From the human T2T-CHM13v2.0 reference genome, Homo sapiens, in NCBI RefSeq assembly GCF_009914755.1, contig NC_060947.1: a stretch of 64,000 nt of DNA; one strand, 5' to 3'. Position numbers and translations under genes: made by a program. This document shows positions 47,301 to 57,842 of the stretch, piece after piece. The notes below the pieces were generated by a model, which saw only the letters and a list, made by a program, of their open reading frames with translations, did no database searches and was not told where the DNA came from. Every line of letters begins with the position of its first letter. The first letter of the stretch is position 1.

Positions 47301-48124
47301 TATGTCACAAACACTTACTGGACACCTACTAGGAACCAAGCACTGTATTGGTTCTGTGGACTTGAATCCATCTCAAAACCTATATTTAAGCAACTTTTTC
47401 TCACAGAACCTTTCTTTCCTTTGTGAATGTCAAGTCAGTATATTTAATTAAGCCATACAATCCCTGTCCCGTGCCGTGACTTTACTCATAATGGTCATTC
47501 AACATTTGTTGAATGATTGCTTGATAGAACTCAGCAGACCCAAAAGGACTAATTGTGAAGAGTTGCTGTAGGAAATGGCCAGAGAGAGGCCTGTTCTGAA
47601 ATCTGGCTCCTTACAGAGAGCTTTTCAGGCTTTCAGAACCATTTCTGAGCAGTTCTCTAGAAATACATTCATTTGCAACTCTATCCCAACATGGCTGATA
47701 GGTTTTGGTAAACCCGTTTACAACCTCTCCATTTCCTTTGTCTTCAACTTCTCTCCCCTCTCTCCAGTCTTTCCCCCTACACCTATTAGACAGGTGCAAA
47801 TATCTCTCCTAGTCACAAATAAGGAAAGACCTAAATTAGAAAACCTCCCTGGACTCCAAGGTTTCACATTACCTAATATCCTTCCTTTCTCCACTAATCT
47901 TCTGCAAGAATAGTCTGAACTTTCTAGTCCCATTTCCTTCTTCCCATTCATTCCCACACCAAATAGTCAGAAAGGCTAGGATATGAATTAGAATGGTCAG
48001 GGAAGGGTTTCATGGACAAGTAAGGGCACAGGATGCAGAAGAATTTTGTGATTAAAGTGCAGAATATGGAAATGTATTGGAGAGGTATTAGGTTTTTCTA
48101 TTTTATTTTTCATCTGCTTTATAA

Positions 48125-48300
48125 TATTCTTTTTTTTAAGTAGGTAACACATGTATATGATACATAGTTCAAAAAATGCAAAGTGAAAGTAAGGGTTCTT
48201 CCCAATCCCACCAAGTTCCCTTTTCTAGAGGCAATCACTGTTAAAAGTTTCTTATGTATCCTCCCAAAGATGCATTTGTAAATATTTACATATATGGAGT
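48125..48300 (-). mobile_element. L1ME-type 3' UTR fragment (related fragment near 45050-45210)
   Basis: ctagaggcaatcactgttaaaagtttcttatgtatcctccc; cactgttaaaagtt also occurs near 45150. Confidence 0.5.
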
Positions 48301-49939
48301 GCCTATACAATATGGTAGAGCACAATAAGAAGGGCAGTGTGAACTGACAAGCACAGAAGAGGCTTTGAAGAATTAGGGAATATCATCTTCCCTCCAACAT
48401 ACTCTTCCTCTTAAGTCCCCACCTCCATTAATAGCCTTTCCATCCTCCCAAGATGACCCAGGCTCAAAGCCTCTGAACATTGGCAGGAAATCTGTTACTA
48501 ACCAGAGTTTAGTTTTCTAAAATGGTTTTCTGTACATCACAATTAAGCCAATTAACATTCCCTCCACACCTGCCACTGCTATTTTCAATTTTGTTTTGAA
48601 AATATAAGTCACATACATCTACTCCTCACCACTTTCACTACCCCAGCCTCCATTAGGCCCTCGTGACTTCTTATCTTCAAAATTGAAGTAACTGCCTTCT
48701 TCATATGGTTGTTAGGTACATTTGGTAAAATTAAATAAGCATGGTAACAATTAGCAGGCTCAACAAATATTTGTTCCTTTCTCTTCTCCCCAATACCTCC
48801 CAGCCACTATACCACCCCACCACCCCATCAACCTTAATCCACTCCCCATATTACATACTTGGTTTATCAAAACAATGTCGAATTCTTGAAATTTTTCTAT
48901 ATCTATCCTATATTGATCCCAAGATCAGAGCTTCAGAATATGAAAACTTACCTGAACTCTGAGGAAAGGCACTAGAAAATTCCAAATACAGCTGTCCCAA
49001 AGGAAAACCACTCTTAGTACCTCTCAAAGGCATTGCCTTTATAGTCTAGGGTAGTATCATTGACATGTAGAAACTAAAAAGGTTATGATCTAACCTATAT
49101 TTTTCCCCTAGAAAAACCTTACCTATTCTTCAGGACTCCGTTTGAATTCCACCTTCTTCTTGAAGTCTTCCAGGATTCTGCCCATGTTAACTCTTTTCAC
49201 CCAAGTCTTAATGAATCTTACCTTTCTCTGCATTACAAAATGTGGAGGGAAGGGAGGGAGGAGAGGGGAGACAAAGGAAGACATGGGATGGGGAGTGAGA
49301 GAGTGACACCCAAATCCTCGTTCTGACAAAACCCATTGTCCCACCTCCTAAAATATGCCTAATTGAGTAAGGTTAAAGTGATGGTTACCAAACAGCAGGT
49401 AAGGGTATCCCCTAGACCCCCTAGTTTCTGGTTAACAATTAAGGACATATAAAATAAAATATACTTTAATCTTGAATAAACTTATTTATTTTCAGGTTAA
49501 TTTACTTTTGTATAAATGATTTTGGCATATTTTAATTTTTATTATCTATATCATAATCTGATTCATTTCAATTAAATCATGAACATTTTCCCATGTCATT
49601 AACTTTTCTTTAAAATATTTTTTAATAGTTTTGTAAGTCTCTCATCTTGTTTCCATCCGTAATATATTTGTTCCCCTATTTTGGGGCATTTTTCTTTTTA
49701 TTCCCATTTTTGTTTTTACAAATAATGTTATTTGAAGGTATGTAAATCTTTACCTGAATCTCTATTTATCTGAATCTTTATGTTTAGACATGTTGATAGA
49801 TAACATCAAACTACTTCCAAAAATGATGTACCAATCTAATCCACTGGCACTGTACAAGAATGACCACCTCATTGCACTCTCACCAGCATAGACTATTATC
49901 TTTTCTATTTTTTTCTAATTTGATAGGTGACAAAAATGA

Positions 49940-50276
<337 letters not shown>

Positions 50277-50434
50277 AAGAGTTTTTCAATAATGTTAATA
50301 TACATGGTTTGTTTTTCCTGTTCTGTTAATTACTTATACATCTCCTTTGCCCATTTTTATTGAGATCTTCTGTTTTTCTTACTAGTTATATGTATTTTGA
50401 TATAATCAACATGTTAGATTATAATTATTATATG

Positions 50435-50626
50435 CAGTTGATTCTTATTATTCACAGTTGCTATGTTTTATAAAGCCACTACAAACACTGAATTAATGAA
50501 TACTGAACCACTGCTCCTGGAGAAATACATAGTTAGGCTCCTGTGAGCCTCTGGTCACATTTCCATCAACCCATCAAAACACAATCTTTGTTTATGTGTG
50601 TTTCTGTTTAAAGACACCTTATTTAA
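50435..50626 (+). mobile_element. TcMar-Tigger DNA transposon end (MER82-like)
   Basis: cagttgattcttattattcacag terminus and gaatactgaaccactgctcc...gagcctctggtcac. Confidence 0.65.
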
Positions 50627-51028
50627 GCCACACAAAAACACAAATATTACATGTTCTCACTCATATGTGGAAGCTAAAAAAAAGAACTCATGGAGATACA
50701 GAGTAGAATGACAGTTACCAGAGGCTGGAAAGAGTAGTAGGAAGTCAGGGGATAGAGATGGGTTGGTTAATGGATACAAAGATATAGTTAGATAGAAGGA
50801 ATAAGAGCTAGTGTTCAGTAGCACAATAGGGTGCCTATGGTTAACAATAATTTATTGTATATTTCAAAATAACTAAAACAGTGAAATTGGAATGTTCCTA
50901 ACACAAATAAATAATAAATTATTGAGGATATGGATTCCCTAATTACCCTGATTTGATCATTATATATCATATGCTTGTATAAAAACATCACATGTACCCC
51001 ATAAATATGTACAACTATTATGTAATTT
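50627..51028 (+). mobile_element. L1MA4/5-type 3' UTR
   Basis: atgttctcactcatatgtggaagctaaaaa...gttaacaataatttattgtatatttcaaaataac...catgtaccccataaatatgtacaac. Confidence 0.85.
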
Positions 51029-51904
51029 ATGCTCATGGTTTTATATAATTCCTCCTTGGCTATTGATTCTCAAATCTATGTATCCAGATGGGATCATTCT
51101 CTGGAGTTTCAGCCTTCCCTAGATCTCTCCAAGTGGATTTTCCACAGGAACCTCAAACTCTACTTGACTGAAATAAAACTATTCTTCCTATTTTCACAAA
51201 TGAAGAATCTGAGGCTCAACGAAGTTGAAGAATTTCCCCTGGGTCCCAGTAAAGAAATTAAACCAAATCTGTCTGACTCTGAAGCTTATGTTCTTTCCAT
51301 TTTTGTTATACTGCCTTTTATAATATTAGGGAGAAAAAAAACCCAGAACATTACATATATATCTTGTAGCTCTGAAACAGAGTAACAAGTTTCACTGGGG
51401 AATTGATCCTTCCTGCTCTAAGAAGCTTAAATTCTAAATTTTCTGGATTACTTTTTAAAAAATAAATCCCTGGAAAATCAGGGTCAAAATTATGAAGTGG
51501 AAGAAGCTGGAGAAGTCCCTTCCACTCTTTGGATCACATTTTCCCTGATATTTAAAAAAGATCTCTACATTCTCTTACAGCTGTGCCATTATGAGAGTCT
51601 ATGGAAGACAGAGTTCTGTATAAGGTACAGACATTATGAATAAATGCTCATGCCATTCAGCCTGTGTAATAGCTCAGCTGCATTCCAACACCATTCTCCA
51701 GGACCCGCTGGACTAAAGGCTGATCATATATCTTCATGATATTCTCATCTACTCCAGGCACCCAGCCCAGCATGACGCACTTGTCCACACAGCCCTGACT
51801 CACCTCTGGCAATACCAGCTCTTTATTCAACTGGAGAAGTAATCAGGTAAAAGTGAAAATTCTATGACATATTTCCCCACAGAGGGTTCTGATATGTGCC
51901 CCAC

Positions 51905-52080
51905 AAAGTCACTTACTAGCTGCATGACCTTGGACATGTCACTTAATCTCTCTGACCCTTAGTTTTCTCATCTGCAAAAGAGAGATTAATAAAACGTAAT
52001 TCACCTGATTATTGCAAAAATTAAGAAATAATGTGTGGAAGAGCACCAGGCATATACTAGGTACTTAATAAATGTTTTCT
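51905..52080 (+). mobile_element. MIR SINE
   Basis: cacttactagctgcatgaccttggacatgtcacttaatctctctgacccttagttttctcatctgcaaaa. Confidence 0.82.
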
Positions 52081-52199
52081 TCCTTCATTGTCATCCTTCA
52101 ATGGGCCATGCCAGTGTTTCCTTGGATTCACTAGTTATTATCAAGGTCTAATCTATACATTTTTTGATCATCGCCCCCCGTATCAACCAAAGAACATTT

Positions 52200-52357
52200 A
52201 GCCAGGTGTGGTGGCATGTGCCTGTAGTCCCAGCTACTCAGGAGGCTGAGGCAGGATGATAGCTCGAGCCCAGGAGTTCAAGGCTGCACTGAGCTATAAT
52301 TACGCCACCACTGCACTCCAGCCTGGACAATGGAGCAAGATCAAAAAAAAAAAAAAA
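52200..52357 (+). mobile_element. Alu right-arm monomer (FRAM/AluJ-like)
   Basis: gccaggtgtggtggcatgtgcctgtagtcccagc...gagcccaggagttcaaggctgca...actccagcctgg and an A tail. Confidence 0.9.
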
Positions 52358-52454
52358 CCTGAAGAAATGCCACTCATGGTGATTCTTAATTTACTTAACT
52401 GTAGCAATTCAGGCTGCATTTGAGTTCTTATAGCAAACTTAAAGTCATAACATG

Positions 52455-53170
52455 TAGTCAGCAAGCATCTGCTTAAATGCTTCCTGTGACAGGGAACTCA
52501 GTCCCTTTTAACACAGCCCATTTCATCTTCAATCAGCTCTGTTGTAACTTCCACCCAATAATCTTAATTCTGTCTCTTGGAGTCAAACTTTACAAATAAA
52601 ATTCTCTTTCTCATGACAACCCTGTAGAAACTGGAAGACAGTAACCCTGCCCCCACTCCACCCTCAAGGCTTCTCTTCTTAATCTCTATTTTGTCTGTGT
52701 TCCTTTTTAAAAGATAACTGCCATATCTGAGCAAAATACTTGAGGTATGGTTCTACAAACTCAGCAACAAAGGAAATAATCACCTCCTGCATTCTAGATA
52801 CTATACTACTATTAATGCAGCCTCAATTTCCGTTAACTTTTTCGGCAGCCATATTAAACATAGACCCATCCTGTAGAGTTGCTATTTTTTTAATTTTTAA
52901 TTTGTTTTATGAAACTGGTGCAAGATACCACATTTTTTCTTATCAAATTTATTTTGTTATTTTTGGACCATCTTTGCAATTTAGTACATTCTTGGATTCC
53001 TGGTTCTATCACCCATCGTATATATTTACCCTCCCTTTTACAGTTCTCTCTTAACACTCAATGAGTATACTGTTCTTGCATCTCCATCCAAGCCATTAAT
53101 TAAAATGTTGAAACCAAGACAAAGTCAGGTACAGAGCCCTACAGCTCACCACCAAGGACTTCTCTTTGCA
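52455..53170 (-). mobile_element. L3/CR1 LINE remnant
   Basis: tctgcttaaatgcttcctgtgacagggaactca, ctattaatgcagcctc and catccaagccattaattaaaatgttgaa motifs. Confidence 0.72.
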
Positions 53171-53454
53171 ACAGTGAAGCACAATTTTCTCCTACCTCAG
53201 TATACCTGATAGACCTTTCCACCATCGATTTACATTAATCACAATAGCTCACAAAACACCATCAATACCCAAGGAGGGGCAGGACTCCTTAGAGGAAAAC
53301 TAAAATTAGGGGAAAAGCCTGTGTGGCTTGGAGAAACCTTTATCCAAGTGACTCTGATAAATCTCTCAGAGAATGTGCCCTCATCTCTTGCCCTTTTTAA
53401 GAATTCCTACCCCAGGGAAACATAGAATAAATAATTAGCAACTTTTGTAAATGG

Positions 53455-53580
53455 TTTCTTCATCTGTGTGTTGGAGCTAATAATATACAACTCCTAGGGC
53501 TGTTATGAGGACTAAATGACTAATACATATAAAGTACTTAGCACAATGCCTGGTATGTAATAAGTGCTCAATATAAGTAG
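53455..53580 (+). mobile_element. MIR fragment
   Basis: ctcctagggctgttatgaggactaaatgactaatacatataaagtacttagcacaatgcctgg. Confidence 0.78.
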
Positions 53581-54394
53581 TACTTAAAAAAAACCTTTCA
53601 GACTCCAACTAAAGGAATAATGTTCTAGCTTATGTTTCCTCCATCTTGTTCACCAGGGTGTCACAAAAATAAACATTTTTGTCATGTTCCTTTCTGCAAC
53701 GTAAGTAAACTATAGTCATTACCTACCTGCAACTATTCGTTAAAAGACCATATCCAAAAAGGCCACGTTTCCCAGCCCACAAATCTGAGTACAGGACACA
53801 GCCCCTGAGGGGCTGTTATAGCCACAAATATATTAAAATTTAATTTTTTCAAGCTGAGGCTCTACTGTATTGTCTGACTCCCATTCACCCCCTACCGCCC
53901 CAACTATGAATGGCAGAATCAAGACCTCCACATTTTTGAAGGCCCACATCATTTCCCTTCCTGTTGCAACGTTACCTGATCCTGCTGTTTTCAGTAATGG
54001 TGACAGAATCCAGGTAAGGTAATCCAGATTTGCCTTGCAATAAGATAATTCCAAGATGTCTATGGCTGCAGGACAGATTGTGATACTCCACCCTGTTCAT
54101 ACCCATAGCTCTCTGTTCACACTCATATCATGATATCCCTATCTCCCAACCCCCACCTTGGGTCACTGTGGTTTGCATGTCATATCTCAGGACTTCTGGT
54201 GGCCAAAAGTGGAAGCTGAAGTAGGACAAGAACTGAATCTGGAACCAGAGAAATCTATAAGTCTGTAACATTGGAAAACATTGTATGCTATGGCTTTTCT
54301 AAGTGACACGTTAATAGTAATCGACATATTATTATAAAAACAAAAATTTCCCACATCTATATTGTGCTTTGTGGTTTATAAAATACTTCAATGA

Positions 54395-54516
54395 TCCCCA
54401 GTGTGTGATGTTCCCCTTCCTGTGTCCATGTGTTCTCATTGTTCAATTCCCACCTATGAGTGAGAACATGCGGTGTTATAATAATAATAAAATTAAAAAA
54501 TAATAATAATAGTAAT
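54395..54516 (+). mobile_element. Miniature 5'-inverted L1PA insertion (122 bp)
   Basis: ~82 bp antisense L1PA 3'UTR followed by sense tataataataa/A-rich tail; perfect 14-bp TSD aaatacttcaatga at 54381-54394 and 54517-54530. Confidence 0.92.
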
Positions 54517-54739
54517 AAATACTTCAATGAGCACTTTCTCCTTTGTTTATCAGAACAGTTAAGTAGCTTCATTTGAGGGAAACACTGCTGGAAAATTAAA
54601 AATTAATTATCTTCATCAAACTTAATTATGTATTATTCCTCCACACGTATACAATAATTATCTCTGTCACACAATCTAGTTTGATCAAAAAAAGTTAAAT
54701 AACAGCTATTTTGCACCACAAGGCATGAAACGCTAGGCT

Positions 54740-54885
54740 TCTTATCTTTTAGGACAGATAATATTAACTTTATTTTACAGGTAAGGAAAGCAAGTCTCTG
54801 TGAGGTTAATTTGCTCAAAGTCCACATATCAAATAGTAGAACTAGGAGTCAAAGTCTCTCTACTCTGACTCCAAATCATCTGCTC
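54740..54885 (-). mobile_element. MIR fragment
   Basis: attttacaggtaaggaaagcaag...gaggttaatttgctcaaagtccaca...ctgactccaaa. Confidence 0.72.
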
Positions 54886-56282
54886 TGTTTTCTACCTCAG
54901 CATTTCGAAGTGCCATTCAACTGCCTTGATTAAAATGCCTGACATCCTCCCTGTCAAGAAACAGGCAGTGGCTAACTGAAGCCATCTTCCTAAAAGACAT
55001 CTTTCAACTCACAAGTTCCTAAGCCAAGTTATCTCACAAAAGAGTAAGTTTCCTTTCCAGGCAGCCAAGTTTCTATGCCATGCTGAAGAACCTTTCTTTT
55101 TAACCTTTCAGGTATACAGCCATAGAGCCTCATCCATCTGCAGAAAAGATGCTGACATATATTGCACCAAACAGAGCTCCAACCCCACCTTCAATCTTGC
55201 AGCATTATGTCAGTCGTTATCAAAGCATCTGGCCCAGTGTCTCACTGCAGAGATTGTGCACAAATTAGAAATGCTGCAATCTATGAAAATTCATTCTTCA
55301 TTCTCCATGTTTGTCAGCCCCTACCCTTCACATTGCAGTCCCAACAAAGGACAGAAAGGCAACCACATGGGAGAAATCCAGATAACGCAGGCCAATTTCT
55401 ACCTCAGCCCACAAACGACAAGGAACTAGGTAGCCAGTCTTGCACATGAGAGATTAGATACTGTTCTAAGCCTACCATTTTCTCTTACACAGCTCTCTAA
55501 AACATCGCAAGGTATACTCCTCAACTCAATTCTAATTAGCTGACTCATTCACTTCCTGCCTTACCTATTATAATTAGCTCTTTTCTTCAAGATTTACCAA
55601 TCCCTCCTTCTACCCTAAATAGCATCCCTAAACAGCTACACAGCATTATGACCGTCTACAGTTAAAAAGATGGAAAAGTTTTCATTCACGGTTTGGTATT
55701 CCGTTAACTTTGGCCTGAAGTGAGACCAGACACAAAGAATGCCTTCAGGAGCTGGCATGCAGAGCCAGGAATCACTGGGGCCACATACAACCTAGTCTCA
55801 GCTCCAGCCAGATGAAATTACTGGATGCTGTGAGGTCACATACTGCTTCCCAGACAAACCAAGGCAGAGCCCAAAACTCTGCATTACCTCCTCAAAATGG
55901 CCTCTCATATCTCACACACACAAAAAAAAAGCCCAACTTTGGGTGCAACTAGCAACTAGCCTCTTTTGAATCTCCCCTCAACAAACCCTGGCCCCTGTAT
56001 TTTCCTGTCTTCTTATTTGATCTGTTTTCTATCCTGGTTCTCAGCTGAGTATCAACTTCTGTTAAGTACCTGATTCCTTGCTTTGGCTTGAATCAGCATA
56101 GTCTTCAGCCATCTTCCTGGGTTTACCGACCACAGGCTCGAGTTCTGCAGAATTGGTTTAAACTGGTCAAAATAGATTTGAACTGACCAAAACTGATTTT
56201 CTTTGTCAAAAAATATTTGAACTGATCAAGATCAACTTCTGACAATTTTAAACCCTTTTGGGCCAGTTTTACATTACTAATG

Positions 56283-56882
56283 CAGGAGCAAGCCACTGAG
56301 GGAATCAGGATGAACCAGGAATGAGATGAAGCTGCTTCAATCTGCTTAGAAGACCAGCAAGGAGGGGACAAAAAGGACCTGATGCTAAGGATCATACCAT
56401 TTGTGGTGGTGGTGCTGGAGGGGGGATAAGAAAGGACCTAATAGTCCGAGAGGTAGGATCAAACTACTGTGGACCCCGGGGGAAGGACTAAAATAAACTG
56501 ATGCTCAATAACGCAGGATCAAATCACTGGTGTGAGACAGGAGGAGGAAAGATGCTGATGCTCGCCAGACAGGATCAAACCACTGAGATGCATATGGAGC
56601 TGAATGGGGATGCTTGTCGATAAGGAGCCATCAAACCACTCTGGGAGAGGGAAGGAAAAGAAGAGGAAGAGTGAGATCGTAAAGGGTCTAGTAGTGTGTA
56701 AGACAGAGTCAGACCCCTGTGGAGGATTGATGACTAAGGGATGCTGTTCTAAGTAGCAGGACTAAACCACTGTGAAAGAGAGGGGAGCAAAAAGAAGCTG
56801 AAATTTCTTAAAGCAAACATAAATTCTTTATAGGAGAAGTAAACAAGAATATGGTGTTCTGTAAGACAGAATCAAATCCTGC
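56283..56882. repeat. Degenerate array of ~9 CAGGATCAAACCACTG-like cores with variable purine-rich spacers
   Basis: Cores start at 56283, 56387, 56454, 56514, 56570, 56626, 56704, 56757 and 56867; several are preceded by (ct)gatgct. Confidence 0.8.
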
Positions 56883-56995
56883 TTTTATATTTAATAAAGC
56901 GTGTTTATATATATTATTATTATCATTTGTTCTTTACTCTCCCCTCTGATGGTTGGGTCAGACCATGTTCCCACAAAGGCTTGTGCAGTAATTCT

Positions 56996-57140
56996 CAGCT
57001 GCCCCTAATGGTTGCTAGGCAACAGTGCGGCAGCTGCTGGATGAACCTTGCCCTTTTGACATTAACCCCTGGGTTACTGGAAGGGAAATAAGATGTACAT
57101 AAATGAAAAAAGTGGGGAACAAAGTGAGATGATGACATCA
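56996..57140. promoter_or_regulatory. Candidate enhancer motif cluster: RFX X-box flanked by two CAGCTG E-boxes, plus a CRE-like site
   Basis: GTTGCTAGGCAAC at 57011-57023; CAGCTG at 56996-57001 and 57031-57036; TGACATCA at 57133-57140. Confidence 0.55.
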
Positions 57141-57498
57141 AATGCTAGGTGGGGAGAAGTGGAAGACAAATTCACAGACCTTCGAAAATAAAAGGGAGAC
57201 AGTAAAGTAATTGGCGAATGATGGCTATGTGGAAGAAGCAACACTTTGACAAAAGTACAGTCCTATAAACTTAGAAAACATCAAGCCCAGTTCTACATAA
57301 GACTTCTGAGTCCTCCTATGACATCCCTAACCAGTGGTGCTTGAATACTTTACGTGAAAAAGTAGTAGTTGGAAAAAAGTAGTAGTTCCTGGACAACCTA
57401 TTCCATTTTCCTATAACTCTAGTCATTTTTAAAAATTGTGAGCCCCAAATTTCTTCCCTATGGATTTCACCCAGAAGTCTGAATCCTGTCTTCTAGAG

Positions 57499-57842
57499 CA
57501 GGGGTTGGCAAACTAGGGCTTACAGGCCATACCCAACTCACTGCCTATTTTTGTAGAGAACATGAGCTAAGAATGGTTTTTACATTTTTAAATAGTTGAA
57601 AAAATAAAAAAAGAATAACATTTTGTGACATAAAAAATTTTATGAAATTGAAATTTCAGTCCATGAATAAAGTTTTGTTGGAATACAGCCATGCTCATTC
57701 ATTTACATATTATCTATGGCTGCTTTCTTGCTACCACAGCAGAGTTTAGTAGTAGTAGTTGAGTGGTAGTAGACATTATGGCTCTCAAAGCCCAAAGTAT
57801 TTTACTATGTGGCCCTTTCCAGAGTAAGTTTGCTGACCACAG
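57499..57842 (+). mobile_element. MER58B-type hAT-Charlie transposon, inserted in an L3-like fragment (~57320-57860)
   Basis: Termini caggggttggcaaact / agtttgctgaccacag; degenerate 8-bp TSD ttctagag / atctaaag. Confidence 0.85.

Noticed and set aside
55090-55120. Possible recursive splice site ttttaacctttcag|gtatac (similar near 63240)
   Set aside because: The reconstituted donor is weak (GTATAC or GTACCT), and the host transcript and strand are unknown.
56283-56882. CRISPR array or C/D-box snoRNA cluster interpretation of the repeat-spacer pattern
   Set aside because: The context is primate DNA with no cas genes, and the repeats are degenerate and irregularly spaced. The ctgatg motifs do not form properly spaced RUGAUGA/CUGA pairs with terminal stems.
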